From the NCBI GenBank assembly GCA_963666515.2, contig OY762897.2:4384001-4448000 (forward strand): a DNA stretch of 64,000 bases, in the 5' to 3' direction. Each line of letters begins with the position of its first letter. Position 1 is the stretch's first letter. Made by a program: the position numbers and the translations under genes. Origin of the DNA: Candidatus Binatia bacterium (lineage in GTDB: Bacteria > Desulfobacterota > Binatia > UBA9968 > JAJDTQ01). This document shows, in pieces, positions 53,986 to 64,000 of the stretch. Under the pieces are notes generated by a model that was not told the DNA's origin, did not search any database, and saw only the letters and a list, made by a program, of their open reading frames with translations.

Positions 53986-55198
53986 CGACGGGGCCGAACG
54001 GCTGAACGGGTTGTTGCCCCGCGTCGAGGATCGAGTCGCACGGATCCTGGAGCGGGCCCTGGAGGGGCGCGAGATCACGCGGAAGGAAGGGCTGGCGCTG
54101 TCGGAGGTGAGCGGCGACGAACTGGCCGCCCTGGCGGTCACGGCGGACCTGATGCGGCAGGCCAAGGTGGGCGACCGCGTCACCTACGTGGTGTGCCGCA
54201 ACATCAACTTCACCAACGTGTGCTACGTGGGCTGCAAGTTCTGCGCGTTCCACACCGGCCCCAACAAGGCCGGTAGCTGGGACAACTCGCTGGAGGAGGT
54301 GGCGGACAAGGCCGAGGACGCCTGGAACCGCGGCGCCACCGAGATCTGCATGCAGGGCGGCCTGCCGCGCGGCATGACGCCGTTCTACTACCGCGACCTG
54401 CTGCAGTCCATCCGCTCGCGCGTTCCCGGCATCCACATCCACGCCTACTCGCCCATGGAGATCACCTACGGGGTGGAGTTGACCGGCATGCCCGTGGACG
54501 ACTACCTGCGGATGCTGCGCGACGCCGGCCTCGACAGCGTGCCGGGCACGGCCGCGGAGATCCTCGACGACGAGGTGCGCATGGTGCTGTCCAAGAACAA
54601 GGTCAGCACCGAGCAGTGGATCCGGGTGATCCGGACCGCCCACGAGGTGGGCATCTTCACCACCTCCACCATGATGTACGGCCACCGGGAAAACGGCAGC
54701 CACTGGGTCAACCACATGCTTCTGCTGCGGGACATCCAGAAGGAGACCGGCGGCTTCACCGAGTTCGTGCCGCTGGGATTCGTGCACGAGAACACCGCGC
54801 TCTACGCCCAGGGGCTCGCGCGGCCCGGCCCCACGGAAGAAGAGGACATCCGCGTGCACGCGCTGGCGCGGGTGCTCTTGAATGATGCCATTCCCAACGT
54901 GCAGGTCTCCTGGGTGAAGATGGGCCGGCGCATGTCGCAGCTATGCCTGCGCTCCGGCGCCAACGACTTCGGCGGCACGCTCATGGAAGAGAGCATCTCG
55001 CGTCTGGCGGGCTCCACCGAGGGGCAGATGATCTGGCCCCACGAGTTCCGCTCGCTGATCCGCGGGATCAACCGGGTGCCTGCCGAGCGCTCCACCGGCT
55101 ACGAGATCCTGAGGACGTGGGAGAACGAGTCCGAGGTTCTCGCGAGCGCTCCCGCGCCCGCCGTGGGCGCTACGGACCAGACGGCCGCCGGCCTGTAA
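53954..55198 (+). CDS. cofH: FO synthase subunit CofH (radical SAM)
   Basis: RNINFTNVCYVGCKFCAF, PGTAAEILDD, GFTEFVPL, GANDFGGTLMEESISR. Confidence 0.93.
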   Translation: MSHIEAMFDYDDGAERLNGLLPRVEDRVARILERALEGREITRKEGLALSEVSGDELAALAVTADLMRQAKVGDRVTYVVCRNINFTNVCYVGCKFCAFHTGPNKAGSWDNSLEEVADKAEDAWNRGATEICMQGGLPRGMTPFYYRDLLQSIRSRVPGIHIHAYSPMEITYGVELTGMPVDDYLRMLRDAGLDSVPGTAAEILDDEVRMVLSKNKVSTEQWIRVIRTAHEVGIFTTSTMMYGHRENGSHWVNHMLLLRDIQKETGGFTEFVPLGFVHENTALYAQGLARPGPTEEEDIRVHALARVLLNDAIPNVQVSWVKMGRRMSQLCLRSGANDFGGTLMEESISRLAGSTEGQMIWPHEFRSLIRGINRVPAERSTGYEILRTWENESEVLASAPAPAVGATDQTAAGL

Positions 55199-55208
55199 GG
55201 CGACAGCG

Positions 55209-56156
55209 GTGTCCAGGGACTTCAGTTCCAGGACACTGGTCCTCCTCACCGGAGGCACGGGCGGCGCCAAGCTCGTCCTGGGCTTTCACGAGGAGACGGC
55301 GCCCGAAGACCTGGTGGTGGTGTGCAACACCGGCGACGACTCGGTGGTGCACGGCCTCCACGTATCCCCGGACGTCGACACCATCGTCTACACCCTCGCC
55401 GGCCTCATCGACCCCGCCAAGGGCTGGGGCGTCCGGGACGACACCTTCACGGTGCTGGACCAGCTCCGGCGCCTCGGCAACGAGACCTGGTTCCACCTGG
55501 GCGACCGGGACATCGCCACCCACCTGACCCGCACCCGCCTGCTGGCCGAGGGCCAGCCGCTGTCGCGCGTGACCGCCGGGTTGTGCCGCGAGCTTGGAGT
55601 TCGCTCCACCGTGCTGCCCATGTCCGACCACCGGGTGGAGACACGGCTTTCCACTTCGGCGGGGGAGCTTTCCTTCCAGGAATATTTCGTCAAGGCGCGC
55701 TGGCAGCCGGAAGTCCTGAGCCTGCGCTACCGGGGCATCGAAACCTGCGGTCCGTCGCCGGGGCTGCTCCAGGCCATCCACGGCGCCGCCCTGGTGGTGG
55801 TGTGCCCCAGCAATCCGGCCACCAGCATCGGCCCCATCCTCGCGGTGCCCGGCGTCCGCGAGGCGTTGCGGGAGACGCCCGCCAGGGTGGCGGCCGTCAG
55901 CCCCATGGTGCAGGGGCGCTCCTTCAGCGGCCCGGCCCACAAACTGATGGCGACCCTGGGCGTGGAGGCGTCGGTGGAAGGGCTCGCCCGTGCGTACCGC
56001 GATTTCGTGGACGTCCTGGTCATCGACACGGAAGACCGGGATCTGCAATCTGCCATCGAGCAGCTCGACGTCGAGGTCCGCGCCACCTCCATCCGCATGG
56101 ACACCCTGGACGACAAGAAGCGGCTGGCCCGGGATCTGCTGCAACTCTCTGTGTAA
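55209..56156 (+). CDS. cofD: 2-phospho-L-lactate transferase
   Basis: GGTGGAK, NTGDD, SPDVDT, WFHLGDRD, FQEY, PSNPATSI. Confidence 0.93.
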   Translation: MSRDFSSRTLVLLTGGTGGAKLVLGFHEETAPEDLVVVCNTGDDSVVHGLHVSPDVDTIVYTLAGLIDPAKGWGVRDDTFTVLDQLRRLGNETWFHLGDRDIATHLTRTRLLAEGQPLSRVTAGLCRELGVRSTVLPMSDHRVETRLSTSAGELSFQEYFVKARWQPEVLSLRYRGIETCGPSPGLLQAIHGAALVVVCPSNPATSIGPILAVPGVREALRETPARVAAVSPMVQGRSFSGPAHKLMATLGVEASVEGLARAYRDFVDVLVIDTEDRDLQSAIEQLDVEVRATSIRMDTLDDKKRLARDLLQLSV

Positions 56157-56181
56157 GGGAGAAGGCGTCGAACCACTCGTC

Positions 56182-56231
56182 CGTCATTCCGGCGAAAGCC
56201 GGAATCCACAGCCTGTTCCGCGGGAATGACG
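56182..56231. repeat. CGTC-type REP palindrome
   Basis: CGTCATTCCGGCGAAAGCCGGAATCCA...CGCGGGAATGACG. Confidence 0.75.
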
Positions 56232-56291
56232 GGAAGCGTGCGCCGGCAAGTTTCAAAATTTGCCGGGCAGGTGTTATGGATTTGTTCGATC

Positions 56292-56969
56292 ATGAAAGTT
56301 GGCGCGCTCATTCCGGTCAAGGGATTTCAGGGAGCCAAGCAGCGGCTTTCCACGCGGCTCAGCCCACCCGAGCGCTCGGAGCTGATGAAGGCCATGGTTC
56401 ACGACGTGCTGGCCGAGGTGACCCGGGCCACGGGCCTCCACGAAACGTACGTCGTCACCGGTTCCTCAGAGGTCGTCCAATGGGTCTCGGCCTGGAACGT
56501 GGAGGTCATACGGGAGCATGACGAGACCGGTGAGACCGACGCGGTTCACTTCGCCCTCGACGTGATGAAGACGGCGGGCATGGACGCCGCCCTGATTTTG
56601 CCGGGGGACATCCCGTTGCTACGGGCCTGGGACGTGGAGTCCGTGCTCGAGGCCGTGCCCGCCAACCCCGAGCCGCCGTTTGCCGTCCTGGTGCCTTCCC
56701 ACGATCATATGGGCACCAACGCGCTGCTGCTGGCGCCGCCGGACGTGCTACGTCTTCGCTTCGGCCACGACAGCTTCCGCTATCACCTGAACGAGGCGGC
56801 CGCCCGCGGAGTCCCGGTCAACGTGATCGAGAATTCGCGGATCGCGCTGGACATCGACGAGCCTGCAGATCTTCAGCAACTCCTCCCGCGGCTGGAGGGC
56901 GGACGCACCCACGGTTGCCTTGCGGCCATGAGGGACAATGGCAGCAGCTTCTTTGCCAAGGCGGGTTGA
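56292..56969 (+). CDS. cofC: 2-phospho-L-lactate/PEP guanylyltransferase
   Basis: IPVK..AKQRL, PGDIP, GTNALL, FGHDSF..H, DIDEPADL. Confidence 0.92.
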   Translation: MKVGALIPVKGFQGAKQRLSTRLSPPERSELMKAMVHDVLAEVTRATGLHETYVVTGSSEVVQWVSAWNVEVIREHDETGETDAVHFALDVMKTAGMDAALILPGDIPLLRAWDVESVLEAVPANPEPPFAVLVPSHDHMGTNALLLAPPDVLRLRFGHDSFRYHLNEAAARGVPVNVIENSRIALDIDEPADLQQLLPRLEGGRTHGCLAAMRDNGSSFFAKAG

Positions 56970-57020
56970 GAGCAGGCGGCCTGCGCCGTCACCGTGTCCC
57001 TTCATGCAGTGTGCGAGTTG

Positions 57021-57782
57021 ATGCGGCGTCTCGAGATCATCGGCGTGGAAGGACTCGGCGAGGTCGGGCCGGGCGATCCGCTGGGACGGCTCGTGGCGGA
57101 GGCGTGCACGCGCCGGGGAGTCGCGTTGCTCGACGGCGACGTGCTGGTGGTGGCGCAGAAGGTCGTCTCCAAGTCCGAAGGCCGCGCCGTGGACCTGCGC
57201 ACCGTCACCCCGTCCGGTGAGGCTTCGCGGCTCTCGGCCGAGCTGGACGGCAAGGACTCCCGCCTGCTGGAACTGATCCTGCGGGAGAGCCGCCGCATCG
57301 TGGCCAAGGGACGCACCACCATCGTCGTCGAGACCCATCACGGCTTCGTGTGCGCCAACGCAGGCATCGACCTGTCGAACGTGGGCGTGGACCGGGCCCT
57401 GCTGCTGCCCAAGGACCCGGACGGTTCCGCCCGGCGCATCCGGGAGGAAGTGCAAGAGCTCACCCGGAAAACCGTGGGCGTCGTCATCACCGACACCTTC
57501 GGACGTCCTTGGCGGCTCGGCACGACCGACGTCGCCATCGGCGTTGCCGGGTTCGGCCCGCTGATCGACTACCGCGGCGGGACGGACCCTTACGGATACG
57601 AGCTGAAGGCATCGGTCACCGCGGTGGCCGACCAGATCGCCGGGGCCGCGGAGCTGGTCATGGGGAAGACGAGCGGCGTGCCCGCGGCCATCGTCCGGGG
57701 CCTGAGTTTGGCGCCGCAGGAGGGCTCGGCGCGAGATTTGATTCGGCCGGCGGAGGATGACCTGTTCCGTCGCAGCCCGTAG
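57021..57782 (+). CDS. cofE: Coenzyme F420-0:L-glutamate ligase
   Basis: QKVVSKSEG, CANAGIDLSN, LLPKDPD, DTFGRPWR, DLFR; no nitroreductase domain. Confidence 0.93.
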   Translation: MRRLEIIGVEGLGEVGPGDPLGRLVAEACTRRGVALLDGDVLVVAQKVVSKSEGRAVDLRTVTPSGEASRLSAELDGKDSRLLELILRESRRIVAKGRTTIVVETHHGFVCANAGIDLSNVGVDRALLLPKDPDGSARRIREEVQELTRKTVGVVITDTFGRPWRLGTTDVAIGVAGFGPLIDYRGGTDPYGYELKASVTAVADQIAGAAELVMGKTSGVPAAIVRGLSLAPQEGSARDLIRPAEDDLFRRSP

Positions 57783-57787
57783 CACGT

Positions 57788-57889
57788 CCTTCGACTTCGC
57801 TCCGCTACGCTCAGGACGAACGGTTGGTCCCGTGAACCGTCACCGTTCGCCCTGAGCGCAGCTCCGCGCCAGCGGAGCGAAGTCGAAGG
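57788..57889. repeat. Long palindromic intergenic element (REP/MITE-like)
   Basis: CCTTCGACTTCGCTCCGCT..CGCTCAGG.CGAACGG / CCGTTCG.CCTGAGCG..AGCGGAGCGAAGTCGAAGG inverted arms. Confidence 0.75.
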
Positions 57890-57923
57890 GCCGTTTATTT
57901 GTAGCACCCGGCGCGAACGTGCT

Positions 57924-58586
57924 ATGAGCCTTCCCATGCAAGATTCCATTTCAATCGCAATCGTGGGAGGGACCGGCAGCCTGGGAATGGGCTTGGCGGG
58001 ACGCTTGGCGCGGCCGGGCGTACGGGTCCTGATCGGTTCGCGGGACGCCAAGCGCGGCGCCGACGCGGCCAGGGACCTGAACGAGAGGCTGGGCACGGAC
58101 TTCGTGGAGGGCATGCTCAACGCCGACGCGGTCCGGGAAGCGGAGCTGGCGGTCATCTCGGTGCCCTATGAAGGGCAGGAGAAGATGGTGGCCGACTTGG
58201 CGGACGAGTTGCGTGGCAAGATCGTCATCGACGCGGTGGTGCCGCTGCTCAAGGGCCGGCCGTTCGTGCCCGAAGCCGGCTCGGCGCTGCTGGAGGCGCA
58301 GAAGATCCTGGGCGACGAAACCCCGGTCATCGGCGCGCTGCACAACATCTCGGCGCTGGACCTCGGCGCGCCGGACGAGCCCCTGGGCGACGTCCTGGTA
58401 TGCGGCGACAGCAGGGAAGCCAAGGAGCGGGTCATCGAGCTGCTGGAGCGCATCGGCGCCACCGGCCTGGATGCCGGCCCCGCGGCCAACGCCTACGTGG
58501 TGGAAGGGCTCACCGGCGTGCTCATCGCCCTCAACCGCCGCTACAAGTCGAAGCACGCCAGCGTCAAGATTACCGGAATCCACTAG
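57924..58586 (+). CDS. npdG: NADPH-dependent F420 reductase (Fno)
   Basis: IVGGTGSLG, IGSR, ALHNISA, DVLVCGD, LNRRYK. Confidence 0.92.
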   Translation: MSLPMQDSISIAIVGGTGSLGMGLAGRLARPGVRVLIGSRDAKRGADAARDLNERLGTDFVEGMLNADAVREAELAVISVPYEGQEKMVADLADELRGKIVIDAVVPLLKGRPFVPEAGSALLEAQKILGDETPVIGALHNISALDLGAPDEPLGDVLVCGDSREAKERVIELLERIGATGLDAGPAANAYVVEGLTGVLIALNRRYKSKHASVKITGIH

Positions 58587-58636
58587 GAGCCCGTCCGAGT
58601 AGCCGGGAATCTACCGCAAGGCATGAAGATGTGCGT

Positions 58637-58660
58637 GTAGGGGCGACCCGGCGGTCGCCC
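58637..58660. repeat. GTAG-type REP palindrome
   Basis: GTAGGGGCGACCCGGCGGTCGCCC, same family as 16650. Confidence 0.7.
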
Positions 58661-58719
58661 ACGGGCCAAGCGACTCGATTACTTGGACTGACACAAGATC
58701 CGGAATCAGGGAGGAACCC

Positions 58720-59787
58720 ATGAGCCTGCCCGTCATCGACGCCGACGGCCACGTGATCGAAGACGAATCCATCGTCGATTACATCGAGGAGCCCTATCGA
58801 AGCCAGGCGAGCAAGCGCATCCTGACGCGGGTCTTCCCCTCTCTGGACCACCATCACCTGGGGCTCAAGTACCTGAGCGACGGCGCCTTCGGCGGCGGCG
58901 AGCCCGTGACCCCGGAGGACTGGCGGTCGTTCGTGGAAGAGGCCGGGTTCGAGTGCAGCGTGCTGTATCCCACCTGGGGCCTCGCCATGGGCAACATCAG
59001 CATGCCCGACTGGGCCTGCGCCGTAGCCCACGCCTACAACAGTTGGCTCTACGACCGCTACCTCAAGGACAACCCGCGGCTCAGGGGCATGGCGCTGATC
59101 CCGTTGCAGGATCCGCAGGAGGCGGTGAAGGAGTTGCGCCGCGCAGTCACCGAGCTGGGCATGCTCGGGGCCATGCTGCCCTCGCGCGGGCTGCCCATGG
59201 ACCTGGGGCACAAGACCTACTGGGATGTCTACGCCGAGGCCGAACGGTTGGGCTGCGGGCTCGCGGTGCACGGCGGCTGCCACCACGGCATGGGGCTCGA
59301 CACCCTGGAGGCGTTCGTTCCCATCGCCGGGCTGGGGCATCCCTTCAGCCTGATGATCGCGTTCTCGGGCATGGTCTACCACGGCGTCTTCGACCGTTTT
59401 CCCAACCTGCGGGTGGCCTTTCTCGAAGGGGGCGCGGGGTGGCTCACCTTCTGGATGGACCGCATGGAACGGTCCCACGGCTTCTTCGGGGAGTGGAACT
59501 CCCACGGCAACTACCACGGCCCCGATCCGGAGCATGGGCCCAGCCAGTACGCACTGCTGGACAACGTCTTCGTGGGCTGCGAGGGCGGGGAGAACGGGCT
59601 CGACTACCAGGTCCAGCGGGCGGGCAACGAGCGGTTCCTGTTCGCCAGTGACTTCCCGCACGAGATCGGTCCCGGCGACATCGGCCACGAGATCGCCGAG
59701 GTGGCCGAGCACCCGACGCTCAGCGACGAAGCCAAGGCCGCCATCCTCGCGGACAACGCGCGCCGCTTCTACCGGCTGGGGCAGTAG
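58720..59787 (+). CDS. Amidohydrolase_2 family protein
   Basis: IDADGH, VLYPT, GVFDRFPNL..LEGG, FASDFPH. Confidence 0.88.
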   Translation: MSLPVIDADGHVIEDESIVDYIEEPYRSQASKRILTRVFPSLDHHHLGLKYLSDGAFGGGEPVTPEDWRSFVEEAGFECSVLYPTWGLAMGNISMPDWACAVAHAYNSWLYDRYLKDNPRLRGMALIPLQDPQEAVKELRRAVTELGMLGAMLPSRGLPMDLGHKTYWDVYAEAERLGCGLAVHGGCHHGMGLDTLEAFVPIAGLGHPFSLMIAFSGMVYHGVFDRFPNLRVAFLEGGAGWLTFWMDRMERSHGFFGEWNSHGNYHGPDPEHGPSQYALLDNVFVGCEGGENGLDYQVQRAGNERFLFASDFPHEIGPGDIGHEIAEVAEHPTLSDEAKAAILADNARRFYRLGQ

Positions 59788-59800
59788 CCGCCCGTCATAC

Positions 59801-61339
59801 CTACAGGACGCCGGCGTCGTGGACCACCTTTCCGCCCACCACCGTCAGAACCGACGTGATGTGCCGGACGTCGGCGTCCGATACTACGTCTGTGTCGAAA
59901 TAGTCCCGGTCGAGGACGGCGAGATCGCCGAACTTGCCGACGGCGATTCCACCCAGGTGGGCGTCTTCTCTGCTGAACCAGCCCTGCGCCGACGTCCATA
60001 GCCGTAGCGCCTCGTCGCGGTCGATGGTCTGGTGCGCATTGATGGCTTCGCCGGCAGAGTTGATGCCGGTGAGCGCGTAGTAGATCATCAGCCACGGGTT
60101 GATCGGCGCGATGCGCGCCCCGTCGGAACCGCTGCCCGCGGGGACGCCGCTGTCGACGATCAGGCGGAACGGCGGATTGCCCATGGGCAAGGCTTCCCCC
60201 TCCAGGTAGGGCGAGCCGTGGGCGCTGATGCCGATGCCGAGTTCCTTGCAGCGGCTCAGGATCGTCTCGTCCATGCCATAGCAATGGTCGATGGACCAGT
60301 GCAGGCCGGCGATGGGAATGGACCGGTTGACGGCCTCCCAGACATCGAGATGAGCGCACTGCTCGGGCAGCGTGATCATGTGCTGCTTGTAGATCCAGCC
60401 GCGCTCGGCCACTGCCCGGGCCGATGCGGTATAGAATTCAGGCAGCGGCTGCAGCCGTTGCAGCCGGCTCGGTATGAGCCATTCGCCGAGGCCGACGACG
60501 CGCAGCATGTCGTTGCCGAACTCGTTGAACGTGTTGTCCAGGCGCGCCGTGAGCTGGGGCAGCGAAGCGGCATCGTCCTGCACCGGCAGGAACAGCCGGA
60601 GGCGCAGCGGCAGGCGGCCGGCGCGCATCAGCTCCAGTATCGGAATGTAGCCGGTGCGGGGATCCAGGAAACCGCCGGCGGGGATGGTGCCGCCCATGTC
60701 GAACAGGCACACCAGACCGAGGCTCAGCGCGTGTTCGATCTCCCGCATCGTCTGTCGCCGTACGTCCGCGGGTGAGCGCATGCCGCTGAGCGCCTCCCAG
60801 GCGGCGTAGGTGGTGTTCCCGGGCGCGACCGTGCCGTCTTCGCCCACCGGCACGCCTCGGGTTTTCAGCAGGTCGCGGGCAAGGGTGTTGGCGGCGCCGG
60901 GTCCTAAGTTCGAGACGGACAGGTAGACCGGGTGACGCGGCGCCGCGGCGTCCATCTCCTTCAGCGTGGGATAACGTTTCTCCCGGAACTGGTTGGGATG
61001 GATGCCGCCGAGGGCGCTCAGCAACTCGCCCTCCAGGACCGCGGATGCGCGGGCGGCGATGCGCGCGAGCGCGTCGTCGAGCGAGAACGCGGTCTCCAGT
61101 TCGCGCATGTCGTGGCCCGGCAAGAGCCCCATGCGCAGGAAGTGGACGTGGTTGTCGATGAGGCCGGGGATGACCGTGCAGCCCTTGAGGTCGATGGTGC
61201 GCGCGTCCGGGCCGCGCGGTCTCAGGTCGTGGCCCGTCGCGGCGATCCGGCCGCCTTCGATGGCCACCGAGGAGACCACGGTGTCGTCGTCATCCATGGT
61301 GTGGATGTCGCCGTTGACGAGGATGAGTTCGTCGAGCAT
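59801..61339 (-). CDS. Amidohydrolase_3 (YtcJ-like) protein
   Basis: NGDIHTMD, PGLIDNHVH, GSD, GKFGDLAVLD, LTVVGGKVV. Confidence 0.88.
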   Translation of the reverse strand: MLDELILVNGDIHTMDDDDTVVSSVAIEGGRIAATGHDLRPRGPDARTIDLKGCTVIPGLIDNHVHFLRMGLLPGHDMRELETAFSLDDALARIAARASAVLEGELLSALGGIHPNQFREKRYPTLKEMDAAAPRHPVYLSVSNLGPGAANTLARDLLKTRGVPVGEDGTVAPGNTTYAAWEALSGMRSPADVRRQTMREIEHALSLGLVCLFDMGGTIPAGGFLDPRTGYIPILELMRAGRLPLRLRLFLPVQDDAASLPQLTARLDNTFNEFGNDMLRVVGLGEWLIPSRLQRLQPLPEFYTASARAVAERGWIYKQHMITLPEQCAHLDVWEAVNRSIPIAGLHWSIDHCYGMDETILSRCKELGIGISAHGSPYLEGEALPMGNPPFRLIVDSGVPAGSGSDGARIAPINPWLMIYYALTGINSAGEAINAHQTIDRDEALRLWTSAQGWFSREDAHLGGIAVGKFGDLAVLDRDYFDTDVVSDADVRHITSVLTVVGGKVVHDAGVL

Positions 61340-61480
61340 CGGTCAGGTCCATTGCGCTTGACAAATTTCTCAACCATGCGGTTGTATGGGCCGCGAACCG
61401 TGCTGTCAATGGCCGCATGAATGTGATGGCTTTACACGCGCCGAGCCGGTGCGGAAGCCGGTCACCGAGGAGGACCCGCC

Positions 61481-62578
61481 ATGTCGAACGTGTTCGGAAA
61501 ATCCATCGGCCGCCTTGCGCTGGCGGCATTGGCGCTGATCGTATTCGCCTCCACCGCGGATGCGCAGTACTACAAGGGCAAGACGATCCAGATCATCGTC
61601 GGTTTCTCGTCCGGCGGCACCGACACCACGGCCCGCATCGTCGCGCGCCGGCTGTCGAAGTACATCCCCGGCAATCCCTCCGTCGTCGTCAAGAACATGC
61701 CCGGCGGCGCCAGCCTGAAGGCTCAGAACTTCGTCTTCGAGCGGGCCAAGCCCGACGGCACGACCCTGAGCTTCAATCCGTTCCAGGTGATGGCGGAGAT
61801 CACCGGACGGGAGGGCGTGCGCTTCAGCTATCCCAAGTTCACCTTCGTCGCGGGCGTCAAGGCGCCCTCGTTCGTGGCCGTGGCGCGCAACGACCTGGCG
61901 CCGGGCGGGCTCAACAAGCCGTCCGACATCGCCAGGATCACGCAGGCGCTCAACTACACCGGCCGCAACCCGCTGCACTCCATCGACGTCATGTCCACCT
62001 TGGGGTTCGACTTGTTGGGGATGAAGCACAACTACGTCCGCGGCTTCCGCGACTCCGCCTCCATCACGACATCCATCGAGCAGGCGGAGACACACATCAC
62101 GGGCGTAGGCTCGGCCACCTGGAACACGCAGATGAAGCCGCGGTTGATCGACACCGGCAAGGTGAAGGCGCTGTTCCAGTTCGGCGTATTCCAGCCCGAC
62201 GGCTCGCTGACCCCCGACCCGGCCTACCCCGGCGTGCCGCTGCTCGACGAATTCTACGTCGCGGCCAAAGGTTCCAAGCCGTCCGGCCCCCTGGCCGCGG
62301 CCTACGATTTCGCCAAGCGGGCGCAGGGAACGGCCAACTTCCTGGCCCTCGGTCCGCCCAACATGAACCCGGAGGCGACCAGGCAACTGCGCGCGGCCTA
62401 TGAGAAGGCGATGGCGGACCCCGAAACCATCGCCGAGGCCAAGAAGGCCCTCAAGGCGGCGCTCCGCCACATCAACTATGACCTGGCGAAGAAGGTGATG
62501 GACAGCCTCCGTGACGCCGACCCCAAGATGGTGGCGTTCTGGAAGGATCGCACCGCCCGCCAGGCCGGCGCGAAATAG
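61481..62578 (+). CDS. Tripartite tricarboxylate transporter substrate-binding protein (TctC/Bug-like)
   Basis: Signal peptide, YYKGKTI.IIVG..GGTDT, NMPGGAS, KPDG; GAGGAG SD. Confidence 0.88.
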   Translation: MSNVFGKSIGRLALAALALIVFASTADAQYYKGKTIQIIVGFSSGGTDTTARIVARRLSKYIPGNPSVVVKNMPGGASLKAQNFVFERAKPDGTTLSFNPFQVMAEITGREGVRFSYPKFTFVAGVKAPSFVAVARNDLAPGGLNKPSDIARITQALNYTGRNPLHSIDVMSTLGFDLLGMKHNYVRGFRDSASITTSIEQAETHITGVGSATWNTQMKPRLIDTGKVKALFQFGVFQPDGSLTPDPAYPGVPLLDEFYVAAKGSKPSGPLAAAYDFAKRAQGTANFLALGPPNMNPEATRQLRAAYEKAMADPETIAEAKKALKAALRHINYDLAKKVMDSLRDADPKMVAFWKDRTARQAGAK

Positions 62579-62661
62579 GCATACCGCTTTCCTCTTTTCG
62601 GGCGGTGGGACCGGCCGGCGCCGGTACGTCCCGCCGCCCCGCACCGTGAATCGTGGGCGGG

Positions 62662-64000
62662 ATGTTCGAGGCCTTCGTCCAGGGACTGATCCTCATCTTC
62701 CAGTGGCCGGCCATCGGCTTCCTGCTGCTGGGGATACTGATCGGACTCTGGCTGGGCGCGGTGCCCGGCCTGGGCCCCATCATCGGCCTCGTCCTGCTGC
62801 TGCCGTTCACCTTCGACATGGAGCCGGTGCCGGCCATCGCGCTGCTGCTCGGCATGTTCACGGTGACGTCGACGGCCGACACCGTCGCCTCGGTCCTGCT
62901 CGGCGTTCCCGGCACCGTGGCGTCGCAAGCGACGATCCTCGACGGCTACCCGCTGGCGAAAGCGGGGCACGCGGCGCGGGCGCTGGGCGCCGCGTTCACG
63001 GTATCCGCCTTCGGCGGCGTGTTCGGCGCGCTGGTCCTGTCGGTGTCGTTGCCGCTGGTGCTGCCGCTGATCCTCGCCTTCTCGAAAGCCGAGCTGTTCA
63101 TGCTGGCCGTGCTGGGGCTCACCATGGTCGGCTCCCTCACCGGCGGCTCCGTCACGAAGGGACTCACGGTGGCGCTGTTCGGCCTGATCATCTCCACCGT
63201 GGGCTACGGCGACATCCAGCCGGTGCCGCGCTTCCATTTCGGCATCGACTATATGCTGGACGGTCTGCCGCTGATTCCGATGGTGCTGGGGCTGTTCGCG
63301 GTCCCAGAACTGCTGGAGCTGGCGGCCAGCAACACGTCGATCTCGCGGGTGCCCCACGGCCAGGCCAAGGGCGGCGGCCTCCTCGACGGTGTGCGCGACG
63401 CCTGCCGCCACTGGTGGCTGGCGGTGCGCTGCAGCGTCATCGGCACCTATGTCGGGCTGTTGCCGGGTCTCGGCGGCCAGATCGTGGACTGGGTCGCCTA
63501 CGGCCACGCGGTGCAGAGCGCCAAGGACAAGTCCCGGTTCGGACAGGGGGACATCCGCGGCGTGATCGCGCCCGAGGCCGCCAACAACGCGATCCGCGGC
63601 GGCGCGCTGGTGCCCACCATCGCCTTCGGGATTCCCGGCAGCCTGGGGGCGGCGATCCTGCTCGGCGCGTTCCTCATCCAGGGTCTGCAGCCCGGCCCCG
63701 ACATGCTCACCCGCAACCTGCCCATCACCTACAGCCTGGTGTGGACCATCGTCGTCGCCAACCTCATCGGAGCGGCGATTCTGATGGCGGCCAGCCGGCA
63801 GATCGCCCGGCTGGCGTTCATTCCGGGGCACCTGCTGGTGCCGGGCGTGCTGGCGTTCGTCCTGATGGGCTCCTGGCTGTCGCGCACTTCGGTGGGAGAC
63901 TGGGTCACGGTGATCGCCTTCGGCCTCATCGGCTACGTCATGAAACGCGGCGGCTGGCCCCGCCCGCCCTTCGTGCTCGCGCTCATCCTGGGCGGGCTCA
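62662..64000 (+). CDS. tctA: Tripartite tricarboxylate transporter permease TctA; 3'-truncated by window
   Basis: Absent from ORF track (no stop in window); GAVPGLG, GVPGT, ATILDGYP, APEAANNA, FGIPGS, GWPRPP. Confidence 0.9.
   Translation, partial: MFEAFVQGLILIFQWPAIGFLLLGILIGLWLGAVPGLGPIIGLVLLLPFTFDMEPVPAIALLLGMFTVTSTADTVASVLLGVPGTVASQATILDGYPLAKAGHAARALGAAFTVSAFGGVFGALVLSVSLPLVLPLILAFSKAELFMLAVLGLTMVGSLTGGSVTKGLTVALFGLIISTVGYGDIQPVPRFHFGIDYMLDGLPLIPMVLGLFAVPELLELAASNTSISRVPHGQAKGGGLLDGVRDACRHWWLAVRCSVIGTYVGLLPGLGGQIVDWVAYGHAVQSAKDKSRFGQGDIRGVIAPEAANNAIRGGALVPTIAFGIPGSLGAAILLGAFLIQGLQPGPDMLTRNLPITYSLVWTIVVANLIGAAILMAASRQIARLAFIPGHLLVPGVLAFVLMGSWLSRTSVGDWVTVIAFGLIGYVMKRGGWPRPPFVLALILGGL

Overview
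GC-rich bacterial chromosomal window. Gene content (separate cofG/cofH, tctABC paralogues, GAF-ptsP, several amidohydrolases) suggests a Deltaproteobacteria-like or Binatia-type organism, which is inference only. Most of it is housekeeping: bepA-like protease, a sigma-28, ptsP, folE-pepA-trxA, mreBCD-mrdA-rodA, ppiD, gloA, larC, bioF-bioA-bioD, clpB, hisC and a contiguous F420 cluster (cofG-cofH-cofD-cofC-cofE-npdG). A ~19 kb defence island (22.4-41.5 kb) sits at the 3' end of tRNA-Ala(CGC). It is a SNF2 helicase / DUF1156 methylase / DUF499 ATPase (Hma-like) system with four embedded cargo genes; its methylase is split by an IS1380-family element and also frameshifted. The most unusual object is a ~1.87 kb CTAG-bounded element (29310-31180). 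It encodes a protein with no recognisable DDE or HUH motif and Rep_trans-like motifs, has a multi-hairpin leader, and one of its ends contains short matches to both arms of its inferred target site. A 40-codon proline-rich ORF upstream of a CorC/CNNM-type gene is a candidate attenuator leader. All calls are by motif recognition; no searches were run.
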